This document shows, one piece after another, positions 25,474-36,101 of a DNA stretch of 53,965 nt. This DNA is from a virus (Duplodnaviria; Caudoviricetes), in the IMG/VR virus record IMGVR_UViG_3300017726_000004, positions 1 to 53,965 of that record; one strand, written 5' to 3'. Each line of letters opens with the position of its first letter. Within the stretch, counting starts at the first letter, position 1. Under the pieces are notes generated by a model. That model did not search any database, had not been told where the DNA came from, and saw only the letters and a list, made by a program, of their open reading frames with translations. The position numbers and the translations under genes are program-made.

Positions 25474-26156
25474 AAAAAATCTTTCATTCCCTCCAACTTA
25501 ATTGATCTTTCCGTACCGTCCGATGTTCTGTATGGTACATCCATTGTAATTTTTGGTTGCTCAAGAAGGTAGTCTTGAATTTTATAATATTGTTCCTTTG
25601 TGAGATTTTCCAATATGGTTTCCTTTTCCGTCGCACTCAAAGAAACACCTTCATACACTTCGTCTTCCACAACAATTTTTTCAACACAGTGTGAAAGAAT
25701 ACTATCAAAATCCGTGTTACTCTCTTCAATGTAATCTCGAACCATAGGAGAACGCATATGAAAAGTAATTGCATCGTTTATTTTAATTTCAGAAGCCGGA
25801 TTGTTTCTTGAAATTTCAATTTTTGTTAAATCAATTCCAATTTTGACGTTTTCACCCGTTTCTGGACAAGTAAAAATCGGTTCCACCATCTCAGAAACAG
25901 ATTTTGATCGAATTTGACAAAAAAGGTATTCTAGATCGTGCATTGGAATCTTCTTTGCATCATTGACGTTATCCACGCAGTTTTCAACGACTGCGGCAAT
26001 CGCTAAAAGCATTTCGGATGACTTTTCTGAATCTGCCATCATCAAAACTCTTTGCTCTTTCATCAAAAACGGTCTAAATGTGGTTTTTGATCCCGTTGAC
26101 GGAATAACTACCTCATATTTTGGTAAAGTTGTTTGTATCGCTTCAAGTATGCTCAT
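25467..26156 (-). CDS. baseplate hub assembly chaperone (gp26-like)
   Basis: P.YE...PSTG....FRPFL.KE, D.EYLF.QIRSKSV.E, CP..G, C-terminal LEG..DFF. Confidence 0.9.
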   Translation of the reverse strand: MSILEAIQTTLPKYEVVIPSTGSKTTFRPFLMKEQRVLMMADSEKSSEMLLAIAAVVENCVDNVNDAKKIPMHDLEYLFCQIRSKSVSEMVEPIFTCPETGENVKIGIDLTKIEISRNNPASEIKINDAITFHMRSPMVRDYIEESNTDFDSILSHCVEKIVVEDEVYEGVSLSATEKETILENLTKEQYYKIQDYLLEQPKITMDVPYRTSDGTERSIKLEGMKDFFG

Positions 26157-26171
26157 TATCTTCTCCTATTA

Positions 26172-26765
26172 TCAATAACTTGCTGGGTTGCTTCCCAGAG
26201 ATCCAATTTCGGGTATGTATTCTTTAAATCCAATTGCCACATTAAGCATGGCAAGTTGATTCATTTGCTCTTGCGAGTATGTTTCTTGAATGATGGTTGA
26301 AACATAAGGTTCAATGACTCGCATTTGCCATCTGATGTTATCGTTCATATCCAAAAAAGAAATCCTCATGGTTGAACCTTCCGCAAGATTAACATAACTA
26401 CCGCTGCGTTGAAGGTAGGCATCAGAAACGTCTTGAGTTAATGGGTAAAACCTGTCTGCCCATTTTTCAAAAAACGCTCTGGTGAACCAATTCTGATCTA
26501 TAAAAAATCCAAGTAGAATGGTTGCTTCTCCACCATACGCTCTTCTCATCGGAACTATTCGTGGGTTTGAACCTTGGGCAACGATATCGTCTGGCATCCC
26601 AAGAAAACTTCTACCGGGAAGAGATACCGTTTGTGCGGGCATACTTAAAGTACCAATCCCCTCGACGTTAATAAAAACCTCGAACCGATTTGCTCGTTGA
26701 AGTCCTCTGGAAATAACTTTCCATCTTAGTGCATCGGGGTTTGATGGATGTCTTGATTTTGCCAT
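26172..26765 (-). CDS. tail tube initiator-like protein (gp54/gp19-related)
   Basis: GLQRANRFEV, SLPGRS, R.FFE.W motifs; synteny. Confidence 0.7.
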   Translation of the reverse strand: MAKSRHPSNPDALRWKVISRGLQRANRFEVFINVEGIGTLSMPAQTVSLPGRSFLGMPDDIVAQGSNPRIVPMRRAYGGEATILLGFFIDQNWFTRAFFEKWADRFYPLTQDVSDAYLQRSGSYVNLAEGSTMRISFLDMNDNIRWQMRVIEPYVSTIIQETYSQEQMNQLAMLNVAIGFKEYIPEIGSLGSNPASY

Positions 26766-27196
26766 TAAAATATTTCCTTTTCAGTTAAAACCAAAAATTC
26801 CCAGTTCTTTTTAGAGCAAAAATCCTCGGCTGCCCTCCATTTCGCTTGGTTTACAACATATGTAGCACATTCGTTTGCATATGTGGCTTTTCTTTTTTTA
26901 CCTCGCTCTGGTTTTTTTGTTTGTTTAAATGGTTTAACCTCAATAACTTTTGTTTTTACGTCACCAGTATTTTCTTTTATCCTAACGATAAAGTCCGGAA
27001 AGTAACGATGTCTTCGATTGTCCAGAGGAGAAATGTACGGTATGACTATTTCTTCACTTCCCCAATTTATCACATTTTCGTTTGTATCAAGGTATTTGCA
27101 AACACGACGTTCCCATAGTGACCTACATATAATGTTGGTGTAGTCACCTACATACTTAGATTCATTTAACGGTTTGTAAACTGTTTTGTATGCCAT
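26765..27196 (-). CDS. head completion nuclease (gp4-like)
   Basis: MAY...YKP.N..KY.GD...I..RS.WE, WGSEE..IPY.SP.D...HRYFPDF, EVKP..QT, NQAKW. Confidence 0.92.
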   Translation of the reverse strand: MAYKTVYKPLNESKYVGDYTNIICRSLWERRVCKYLDTNENVINWGSEEIVIPYISPLDNRRHRYFPDFIVRIKENTGDVKTKVIEVKPFKQTKKPERGKKRKATYANECATYVVNQAKWRAAEDFCSKKNWEFLVLTEKEIF

Positions 27197-27219
27197 ACTA
27201 TATTTAGGTGGGGGTAACA

Positions 27220-28143
27220 ATGGCTGAAGAAGAATATGAACCCGATTTGCTCGATAATCAAATTGCTGGAGCGTATCCAACGAATAATGTTAATTTGGAA
27301 TACCCAGAGTATAGACAAAACGAAGTTAGATACTGGCTCAACTTTTCTGCTAGAAGATATAGTAACAGAAGAGCAGAAAAAGCAGGTGGTGGACGAAAAG
27401 GTAAATTAGTAAATATTACATTACCAATGCCCACAAATATGAACTCAACATCAAATGTTAATTATGAAATTGATCAAAGCAATGAAACACCCTTTATTGA
27501 AGTCATACAAAGTAGTCTCGATCAACTCATGGCTGGGAACGTTTTAGGTGCGGCAAAACGTGCTATCGGTGGTATTCTTGATCCGTTGTCTGAAAGTATT
27601 ATTGACTTAACTGTTGGTGGAAATCTTGGTCGAGTCAGTATGGACACGGGTGAGAGTTTATTCCAATCCGCAAACCCCAGAACATTTAACTTTTCGTTTG
27701 CATTGATCGCTAGAAATGCAAGCGAATCTACAAAGATTGGTAGAATTGCAAAAGCGTTTGAAGCATATGCTCTTCCCTTCCCTGCAACCAGCCTTGCTGG
27801 TAACATCTCTGCCAACGCAATGATTCACCCACCACTTTGGTCGTGGTCTCCATACGTTACAACTCCTACTGGATTTGGATTTGTTCAAACGAAAGAACAA
27901 AAGCCAAATTTAGAATTTTGGACAAGTAGTCCGCAAACCTCCGTTCTCACTCAAGTTAGTGTTGATAAAACACCACTGAATACCATTTCTGGTTCTGGTA
28001 GTGACGCACCAATCGCAACAATTATTACCTTACAATATTTAGAACTAGAGCCAAACATGAATGTTAACGGAAAAATTAGAAGTCGTTCTGCTATTACAAG
28101 TAAAGCAGGTCAAAGTATTGATGCAAGTGGATTATTTGGCTGA
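27220..28143 (+). CDS. baseplate tail tube cap (gp48-like)
   Basis: I.LPMP, E.LF.....RTFNFSF.L..RN..ES, L.Y.ELE; synteny with gp53. Confidence 0.8.
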   Translation: MAEEEYEPDLLDNQIAGAYPTNNVNLEYPEYRQNEVRYWLNFSARRYSNRRAEKAGGGRKGKLVNITLPMPTNMNSTSNVNYEIDQSNETPFIEVIQSSLDQLMAGNVLGAAKRAIGGILDPLSESIIDLTVGGNLGRVSMDTGESLFQSANPRTFNFSFALIARNASESTKIGRIAKAFEAYALPFPATSLAGNISANAMIHPPLWSWSPYVTTPTGFGFVQTKEQKPNLEFWTSSPQTSVLTQVSVDKTPLNTISGSGSDAPIATIITLQYLELEPNMNVNGKIRSRSAITSKAGQSIDASGLFG

Positions 28144-29084
28144 TGGAATATTTTAACAACTTTCCAAAATTGAAGTATAAATTTCCCAATAACGTTTCAG
28201 TTGAAATGTTAGATATCTTTCGTAATGTAAAGATGAGACGTTTTTTGGATAAACCTGAACTTTTTGAATATTACACCTTAACTGACGGAGAAAGACCTGA
28301 AGGTATAGCAAACAAATATTATGAGGATCCTTCATTATATTGGTTAGTCCTCATGTCAAACGATATTGAAGATGTAAACACTGAGTGGCCAAGATTTACT
28401 GCGGATGAGGATAGAACTCTCACAAATCAATACTCCGGATATGCGTTTTTCTTTGATAATGAAATGGAACTCCAAAAAGGTGATATCATTACAAAATATG
28501 ATGTTTCCGCAGAAGGTACAGTTTCTGGGGATTATGGTGTTGTTTATAACCATGATTTTTCGTTAAACAAAACCGAAGTAAGAAATCACAATTTTACTTC
28601 ATCGACCATTACAACGGGAACAACTGGTCTTGGTGCGTATTATGTTTTTCGTGAAACTTCCAACGGACAGTTCACCACTCTTGGAAATCAGTTAACACCA
28701 AAAAGAATTGAAAACTTAAAAGATGCCGTTTTATATTTTAGACACAAAGATGGTTATGTAGTAAGTCCAGCATTAAAACTTACCACGGCTTCTGCATTTG
28801 ATAATCTTGATGTTAATTTATTTCCAACAAATAATCTTAAAACAAGTGTTAATACAGTTTTACAAAAATATTTAAATGGTAGAACAAATATTATAGAAGA
28901 CGCAAATATTTCAATTGTCGCACTTCAAAATCAGTTGGATGAAAATTCCTCAAACACTATACGTTTGCTTAGAAAAGAATTTGTCGGTCCAGTTGTAGGT
29001 GAAATTAGAAGACTTCTCTCCGAGAGTGGAAGTCAAAGTTCGATTGTTTCTTTGTCATCTGGAGGACTTGGTGGTTATGGTTGA
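28143..29084 (+). CDS. baseplate wedge subunit (gp53-like)
   Basis: YF.NFP...Y, Y...DGERPE.IA..YY.D..LYWLVL..N.I.D...EWP. Confidence 0.9.
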   Translation: MEYFNNFPKLKYKFPNNVSVEMLDIFRNVKMRRFLDKPELFEYYTLTDGERPEGIANKYYEDPSLYWLVLMSNDIEDVNTEWPRFTADEDRTLTNQYSGYAFFFDNEMELQKGDIITKYDVSAEGTVSGDYGVVYNHDFSLNKTEVRNHNFTSSTITTGTTGLGAYYVFRETSNGQFTTLGNQLTPKRIENLKDAVLYFRHKDGYVVSPALKLTTASAFDNLDVNLFPTNNLKTSVNTVLQKYLNGRTNIIEDANISIVALQNQLDENSSNTIRLLRKEFVGPVVGEIRRLLSESGSQSSIVSLSSGGLGGYG

Positions 29085-32000
29085 TGCTTCTGTTGCGAGT
29101 TTTAATTTACGTTCTGCTGCAATTGTAAAACGATCTGGAAAAATAATTGATATCATGCGAGGTGATATCACTCAAATTTTCGACCGTCTTGAGATAATTG
29201 AGGATATCTTTACTCCCGGTGTTCACGGAAAATTATTGTTCCATGAACCAAATAACATTGGTGAGGCTCTACCTCTTGTTGGTGGTGAACTTTTGTTTCT
29301 TGACATTGAAACACCAGAAGTTGCAAACTCAAGGAAACAACTTCGTTTCTTCGTTCACTCTCTTAGTCCAGCAACCGATGAGGTTCAAGGAGCAATGCTT
29401 GGTAACGAAAAAAGATTGACATGGGTTGTAGAATTTGGTGGTTCCGAAACTGTTTTTTCCAACTATACAGCCTCTGCTATTTTTGAATACAATGAAGATG
29501 GTGATGAGGAGGAAAGCGACACAGATGAAGTCGTATTGAAAATTGCAACATCAACGGAAGATAATGGGGAGTCTGACGAAAAGGGACTTGTAAATATTCT
29601 TGCGGAAAAGTTTTTTAACCCATCTGAAGAAAACACAAACAGACTTGACATGGACATCGAGCCAACGGCAAATTATGTTTGGTTAAAGAAAAATGAAACT
29701 CTTTACCCTCACAGAAAACCCGTTGGTGAACTACCTCTTATAAAGTTAATGAATTATTTGATTGAAAAATCAATCCCAGAAACAAATATTAATGCTGCAA
29801 ACTATTTGTTTTGGCAAGACCTTGACGGATGGCATTATAAGTCTGTAAATAAAATTATTGGTGATTACGAAGAGCGAGATATAAGAAATTATATTATTGA
29901 ACAAAACACCCCCGGTGATTTAAGAAATGCTTTTTTAAACTTTGTTCCAACGTCTGATTTTTCACCACTAAATTTATTCCACAACGCAGCACTCATCTCT
30001 GAGTATGAGCGTGTAGATCCAAATTATGAGGATCCTTATCTAGATTTCATTTCATCAAAAAGCACGCATCAAAATGCGAGTAAACTGGTTCAATATTCAT
30101 ATTTTGAAGAGTTTGATAAAATCAAACGAATCGAACAGTATCCAATTGTCTCGAATGAGTTTGAAGAATATACTCCCAGTGTCGCTGTCAGAAGATATGA
30201 TACAATGCACGGCTACTATGAGGATTCAATATACAATGATCCTCAAATTAGAATGAGAAACGAACATACAGAATATAGTGAAGTTTACAAAAAAGATCGA
30301 GACACTGATTCTAGAGTTCTATGGCAGCCCATGTTTGATCATGTTGAATATGATGGTAGTATTCTGAAAAAACTTATTCAGTTTAAGAAAGAACAAAAGA
30401 AAAAGAAAAAAGAACTAGAGGAAAAAAGAGAACTTAAAGAAAAGTGGTCTGCTTATCGTTGCTCTATTTGTTGTTTAAAGAACTACAATCCGGACGCAGG
30501 ATATACTGGTGACAAAAACACTACAAGTGGTGATAATGATTTTAATGTTGCGGCGGCTGGAACTTTAACTGATGCGGTTAATTATGATCCCGATGATCCA
30601 AGATCAAATGAAAACGGCTTCTTTTCAAGTTATCAATTTGATGAAGAGCAAGGAATTGAGGCCGATCCTGCATTACAGGAAACAATGAAAACTCTCTACA
30701 GACTCCGTGAATCGGGAGAACTACAATCTCTTCGTTATTTGCTTGAGGGTAGAATCTGGACAATGCAACAACATTTAATCGGTCTTCAAAGTATGATTGA
30801 TACTTGTACAAATTCAAATGGAGTTCCTCCGTTTGAAACCACTAGAGCGTATGACAAGTCAATTGAGTCAGGAACCAATTTTCAATTTGCAGATGGCTGG
30901 ACTACTTTGTGGCCATGTGGTGGTTGTTACTATGATGAGGTAGTTCTCGATGCTGATGGTAATCCTGAAAAAATCTTTGAGCCAAATCCAGATGGTGGGT
31001 TCCCTAATCAATTCACTAAAAGAAGATTTGTTTCTGATATAAACAGTCCCAATTGTGCTATTGCATCGTATCAAAGATCATATGATGCTTTACAGGAAAC
31101 TTTGGCAGAGTTTTTGGATTACAAAGAACTTTTGTTCACAGACTACGATGAATTCATCAACAGAAAAGTTTACGTTCAATCCAAAAAACCATATTTGGAA
31201 ATTCCAGAAGTTTCAACAAACACTTTTAAGAATGTAAAAAGCATCACTCGTCAAAAAATACGAGGAAGTAGATATGAAGTTTTAGCAAAAAAACAATCTT
31301 TAAAAGAGGACGTTGCTGACTCATATGATTATTTTGTAAACTACTTAGGATTTGGTGAAGAAGAATCAGAGGCACCACACCCATACTATGATCAAAAACT
31401 AGAGTTGTTTAATGGAAACGCAACGGTTTCCCCCGGAGTCAAAACATATCCTTATTTAAGTAACTCATACAATTATGAGGGGAGATTCTGGGACAGAGGA
31501 AATGGTTATGTGCGAGATGTTCCCGTTACTTATTCAACATCTAGTGGATTGTTAAATCAGTATTGGGGTTCAAGAAACTGGAGTTGGTTAAATTGGTATG
31601 GTGGTTGGGGTAGTTTCCTACCAATCTTCAGAAACAATTGGTGGTATAACAGTTATTGGCAAAACAGATATAATTATGATTATAGCACTAGAGGTTCTGG
31701 TTATTACGATGATTATTGGGATAATTTCAATTACGCATCGGTTTCTGGAGGAAATATTGCCGGGGGACTTTATTTTACAAGTTACGGTGGGTACATTGAT
31801 GAATTTGAATCGACACCCATATGGTTTGAAACACAACTTACAAATCCAGCGAAGCCTGATCCAATTTTAGATGAGAATGGATCCGTTGTTGAAAATCCAC
31901 CACGACCACCCTCAGACTATACCTCAGAAATAAGCGGATTCCATGTGTTGCCGGGTGTTAATGGAGTTGGTATTACGAATTATATTACTGGATTTTCACA

Positions 32001-33792
32001 GATTCGTGGAGATGGAGACATAAATCAAATAATTGGAAGTGACGGAGCATATGCGGCAATCTATTACGGTGATTCCAGCAACAGACCTACATTTAATCCG
32101 GCAAAACTTAATTATGGTGCTGTTTATGGATTAGGTAATGTAGGTGAGTGGTTTGAACTAAAACAAGAACAAGGAATATTCACCGAGTTTGTTGAAGAAA
32201 ATTATCAATCCGCAAGAAGATTCCTTGCCGAAAATCAACACTATATTCGTGTTGAATTTGAAGAGCCAATTGGAGAAGAATCTTTAGAAGACTTCCCGTA
32301 TGGCTTTGTTCGAGATGCGGGTTCTGAATATTATTTACCATACAATGTTCAGATAACAGCGGGACCTTTCGGTAGACAATCTGCAAATTATAATGTTAGT
32401 GTTATTGGGATGGATCCGTACGGATTTGATGTTGCTGTTACACGAACCGATGCGTGGAGAAGTATGCAAAACAACGTCTCCCATGATAACCCATACCTGT
32501 ATCCGGCAGAGGCAGTGGAGGGAGAAAAAATTGATCCTATCAATGTATTTTACAAAGAGACAACTTTCCAGAGAGATGCTCAAATGTATGGACTACTTAG
32601 AGAGGAAGCACAGCCAATTAGTGATTTAGATTATTTCCCCAGAACTTGGCATCATCACCTTCCGCATGATCCATCTGTATTTAACCCGAGTCAAATAATA
32701 AATCATAACCACCTGACTAGATTAAAACGAGGAGATACTCCACCATTCTACTTGGCTTTCACTAATGATTTGTATGGAAACCCATATGACACAATTGGTG
32801 ATGGAGAGACATTTTATTCTAAGTATTTGTCGAGTACCACTGGGTATTCAAAGGATGTTTTAACATCAACGTACGGAAGGTTATGGAGAGATCCCGCACC
32901 ATTTGAAGAGTACCCAGAGGAAAATATATGGAAATATGATCTTTCGGGAGAATCGGAATATGGAGTATTTTCACCACCAATTCTTCCTCTGAAAAATGCG
33001 GGTGTCGGTGAGGACAGTGATTTTGTTCACATGCTTGAGAAAAACTTCTCCGCACAATTTATAGTATATGGCAAAGAATCCACACCGTGTCGAAATTATG
33101 AGTGTGGAAATACTGGTCCAGTGAATCCACCAAAAAGAGAGCCGGGTCAGACAGATGAAGAGTATGATCCATATCTTAACTGTCCCATGCAAGAATTAAG
33201 ACCGGACTATTTGGGGTTGGAGGAAAATGAACCAGAGCCGGGTGAACCAATCACCGCTGTTGAGTCTGTCTTTGATCCAGAGTTAAAGGAGCCAACTCGA
33301 ACGGAAATAGATCAACTTGAAGATGAACTGAAGGTTAGTCAATGTGACTTTATCGAAACTGAACTTGGATCTGAGTATCTTGGGTGTGTTTATTCTGATC
33401 CAGACTTGCCTTATAGTTGTAATTGTCCACAACGAGGTGAACTATTTAAGGATCTTTTGCCGTTTTATCGAACTAAAGCAACGTTTTGGTCAACACCAGA
33501 CAAAACGACGCTTCTTCGTGATGCCCATATGGTTCAACTTACATCACAATCTGTCGTTGCCTCTTTGCCGGGGGATCTTACTTTACGTCCGGGGACAATC
33601 ATAAACGTTGTCAATCCAAGAAAAGCCGAGGCTCCCGGTAGTGAAGTCTTCAAACGAACTTCTGGTAAGTATCTTGTTGGTAAGATAAAACATAGAATGA
33701 GTTTACAGAATCATATAATGAGTCTTTCTCTGACACGAGATTCATCATCCCAAGATTCAAGTGGTACAACCGAGCCTCAGTACGAACAATAA
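29077..33792 (+). CDS. baseplate hub protein (gp27-like) with a very large central insertion
   Basis: N-terminal EDIF.P...G.L.......LPL.G.E and YLFWQDLDG.H; C-terminal PGDLTLRPG.II...SGKYLV..I.H. Confidence 0.7.
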   Translation: MVDASVASFNLRSAAIVKRSGKIIDIMRGDITQIFDRLEIIEDIFTPGVHGKLLFHEPNNIGEALPLVGGELLFLDIETPEVANSRKQLRFFVHSLSPATDEVQGAMLGNEKRLTWVVEFGGSETVFSNYTASAIFEYNEDGDEEESDTDEVVLKIATSTEDNGESDEKGLVNILAEKFFNPSEENTNRLDMDIEPTANYVWLKKNETLYPHRKPVGELPLIKLMNYLIEKSIPETNINAANYLFWQDLDGWHYKSVNKIIGDYEERDIRNYIIEQNTPGDLRNAFLNFVPTSDFSPLNLFHNAALISEYERVDPNYEDPYLDFISSKSTHQNASKLVQYSYFEEFDKIKRIEQYPIVSNEFEEYTPSVAVRRYDTMHGYYEDSIYNDPQIRMRNEHTEYSEVYKKDRDTDSRVLWQPMFDHVEYDGSILKKLIQFKKEQKKKKKELEEKRELKEKWSAYRCSICCLKNYNPDAGYTGDKNTTSGDNDFNVAAAGTLTDAVNYDPDDPRSNENGFFSSYQFDEEQGIEADPALQETMKTLYRLRESGELQSLRYLLEGRIWTMQQHLIGLQSMIDTCTNSNGVPPFETTRAYDKSIESGTNFQFADGWTTLWPCGGCYYDEVVLDADGNPEKIFEPNPDGGFPNQFTKRRFVSDINSPNCAIASYQRSYDALQETLAEFLDYKELLFTDYDEFINRKVYVQSKKPYLEIPEVSTNTFKNVKSITRQKIRGSRYEVLAKKQSLKEDVADSYDYFVNYLGFGEEESEAPHPYYDQKLELFNGNATVSPGVKTYPYLSNSYNYEGRFWDRGNGYVRDVPVTYSTSSGLLNQYWGSRNWSWLNWYGGWGSFLPIFRNNWWYNSYWQNRYNYDYSTRGSGYYDDYWDNFNYASVSGGNIAGGLYFTSYGGYIDEFESTPIWFETQLTNPAKPDPILDENGSVVENPPRPPSDYTSEISGFHVLPGVNGVGITNYITGFSQIRGDGDINQIIGSDGAYAAIYYGDSSNRPTFNPAKLNYGAVYGLGNVGEWFELKQEQGIFTEFVEENYQSARRFLAENQHYIRVEFEEPIGEESLEDFPYGFVRDAGSEYYLPYNVQITAGPFGRQSANYNVSVIGMDPYGFDVAVTRTDAWRSMQNNVSHDNPYLYPAEAVEGEKIDPINVFYKETTFQRDAQMYGLLREEAQPISDLDYFPRTWHHHLPHDPSVFNPSQIINHNHLTRLKRGDTPPFYLAFTNDLYGNPYDTIGDGETFYSKYLSSTTGYSKDVLTSTYGRLWRDPAPFEEYPEENIWKYDLSGESEYGVFSPPILPLKNAGVGEDSDFVHMLEKNFSAQFIVYGKESTPCRNYECGNTGPVNPPKREPGQTDEEYDPYLNCPMQELRPDYLGLEENEPEPGEPITAVESVFDPELKEPTRTEIDQLEDELKVSQCDFIETELGSEYLGCVYSDPDLPYSCNCPQRGELFKDLLPFYRTKATFWSTPDKTTLLRDAHMVQLTSQSVVASLPGDLTLRPGTIINVVNPRKAEAPGSEVFKRTSGKYLVGKIKHRMSLQNHIMSLSLTRDSSSQDSSGTTEPQYEQ

Positions 33793-33819
33793 TGACCTAC
33801 ATAGTTTGGAGGAATTTCT

Positions 33820-34227
33820 ATGTCAATAAGAGTGGATGCAAAAGACAGATTTATTGATTTTGATTTAAAGTTTACAAAAACTGGTGATGCACCTCATGGT
33901 CTTGCCGTGAAAAAAGATATCAATTCAATTAGACAGTCTCTTGTAAATCTTATTTTGACAAGACCCGGTGAAAAAGGGTTTTCACCTGAATTTGGTACTA
34001 ATTTAATTGATTTGTTATTTGAAAATTTTAATCCTGTTCAAATGATCCGAATTCAAGAGGACATGAGGGATGCGATTCAACAATTTGAACCAAGAGTTAA
34101 TTTTATTGGACTGGACTTTGACACAAGCAACTTAGACTCAAATATGGTGAGTATAAACGTTCAATTTAAATTAGTTAACGAACAAACACTGAGAGAAATC
34201 ACAGTAGAACTGGAAAGAGGAATTTAA
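33820..34227 (+). CDS. baseplate wedge/sheath initiator (gp25-like)
   Basis: D.DL.F, SI.QS..NLILT.PGE..F.PEFG, FEPRV. Confidence 0.92.
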   Translation: MSIRVDAKDRFIDFDLKFTKTGDAPHGLAVKKDINSIRQSLVNLILTRPGEKGFSPEFGTNLIDLLFENFNPVQMIRIQEDMRDAIQQFEPRVNFIGLDFDTSNLDSNMVSINVQFKLVNEQTLREITVELERGI

Positions 34228-36101
34228 TGTCAGTTTACAGCAGTTTATCAGGAATATCGGTTCCAGCGTCATCGTCAGCAAGCACGGCAACTGCGACAAG
34301 CATTCTTACGCTTTCTGGTAATCAAATTCAGATTGGTGATCTTGATTTTGGTGATATCAAAACTAGCATTATTGAGTATTTAAAGCGAACAGACAGTCCA
34401 CTCAAGGATTTTGATTTTGAATCATCAGCGATCCAAGTCCTTGTCGATGCTCTTGCATACAACACATTATATTATGCTTTCTACTCAAACATGATTGCCA
34501 ATGAATTGTACCTTGACTCGGCACAAAGAATTGAATCTTTAATTTCAATTTCCAAACCACTTGGATTTGAAGTTCCTGCTGGAGCATCATCAAGAGCATC
34601 GGTTTCAATGGCAAATGTGACAGGAACCATTCCAAAATATTCTAGATTTGTTGGTACAACACCAGACGGTGCTAACTATAACTTTTTCACTCTCAATTCA
34701 TACGATCCAGATACAACCGGAAATATTAATGAAGTTGTGTTATTTGAAGCAAAGGATTTTGTTTTAAATCGAAATGTTACTTCACAGATTGACATTGATC
34801 GACAGAGACTTATTCTTAATGATGATAGAATTGATTTAAATTCTTTGATCATTGAGGTGAGCGAAGATAACGGAGAAACCTTTACAGAATACACAAGAAT
34901 ATCAAATATCAGTTATGATATTACAGAAGAAAGTAAAGTTTACTTCACGGAACGTCAAAGTCGTTCGGTTAGAATCACCTTCTCTGCCAGAGGAAATGAA
35001 GAGTTTTCTTCACTCAACAAGAGCCTTGAAACCGATAACGTCGGTCGAAAAATTCTGAACACTGATATTGTTAGAATTTCTTACTTGCTTCCAACGGGAC
35101 CATCCGCAAACGGAATTCGATCATTTACATATGCTTCGGGAACTGGAACACCGACTCTTCGTGTTGCGAGTTTTGGTGGTAGTTTAGAGCCAGATCCAGA
35201 CTTGATTAAATTCTTTGCACCTAAGTGGTTTGCCGCACAAGGTAGAGCCGTGACGAAGAATGACTATCGTGCTGCGATACCAGAATTTTTTCCGGCAGGG
35301 CAATCACCTGATGAATCTTTAGTCGTATTTGGTGGGGAGGAAACAGATCCACCTTACTATGGAAGAGTTTTCATTTCAACAATTGATGGAGCAGCAGGTG
35401 GTGTCATTGATGCAAACTCCGTCGCAATCACAGAAAAACTTCGAGAACTCTGTCCCGTTTCAATTGTTCCAGAATATCTTGCACCACAAAATCTCACAAT
35501 GAATCTGAGTTACAATGTGAACTACAACGGTTCAGGAACAACACGAACCAGAGAACAAGTTGAACGAGCCATTTTTGATGCGATTGCTGATGAGTATGGT
35601 AAAGTTAGATTTAACAACAGTGTTGATGTGAGTGATCTCGTTGCTCTAATTAAAAGAGTTGAACCAGCGGTAATCACACCACTTAACATATCATTTGATG
35701 TTTCACGATCCGAAGTATTATCCACTGATCGAGATGTTGAATTTACATTTAAAAACGCTATTAATTTTGCCGGTGCGGGAAACGGTTTAACTTCTACCAC
35801 ATTCACCTCTCCTAAATTTGGTTTGAGTAATGTGTTCATCCAAGATAGCGGTGTTACTCCAAACAGATTTGGTGTTTCTCCACTCAGACTCGTGACAAGA
35901 GATTCATCTGGTCTCATTTCAGTCGCTGCACCAAGTGGTGTTGGTGAGATTGATTACAATCGAGGTCTTGTTCGCATATTTAAAAATGTTGCAAATAGTT
36001 CTGTCGTGTTTACTGCAAACTTTAAAGATCCCAAAGTTATAGCAAAACAAGAAATTATTCTTCGTGTTCTTCAGGGATCAGTCACGGTTAATCAACTCTA
36101 A
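34227..36101 (+). CDS. baseplate wedge subunit (gp6-like)
   Basis: DLDF.DIK, DFDFE.S, LAYNT, NE.YLDSAQ, AQGRAVT.NDY, GGEE..PP.YG.V, GEIDY..G. Confidence 0.95.
   Translation: MSVYSSLSGISVPASSSASTATATSILTLSGNQIQIGDLDFGDIKTSIIEYLKRTDSPLKDFDFESSAIQVLVDALAYNTLYYAFYSNMIANELYLDSAQRIESLISISKPLGFEVPAGASSRASVSMANVTGTIPKYSRFVGTTPDGANYNFFTLNSYDPDTTGNINEVVLFEAKDFVLNRNVTSQIDIDRQRLILNDDRIDLNSLIIEVSEDNGETFTEYTRISNISYDITEESKVYFTERQSRSVRITFSARGNEEFSSLNKSLETDNVGRKILNTDIVRISYLLPTGPSANGIRSFTYASGTGTPTLRVASFGGSLEPDPDLIKFFAPKWFAAQGRAVTKNDYRAAIPEFFPAGQSPDESLVVFGGEETDPPYYGRVFISTIDGAAGGVIDANSVAITEKLRELCPVSIVPEYLAPQNLTMNLSYNVNYNGSGTTRTREQVERAIFDAIADEYGKVRFNNSVDVSDLVALIKRVEPAVITPLNISFDVSRSEVLSTDRDVEFTFKNAINFAGAGNGLTSTTFTSPKFGLSNVFIQDSGVTPNRFGVSPLRLVTRDSSGLISVAAPSGVGEIDYNRGLVRIFKNVANSSVVFTANFKDPKVIAKQEIILRVLQGSVTVNQL

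Noticed and set aside
28999-29076. Upstream GTG start for the hub gene (also the extended starts at 27280, 6367, 15238)
   Set aside because: They overlap neighbouring genes or promoters; downstream ATGs match SD sites or family N-termini better
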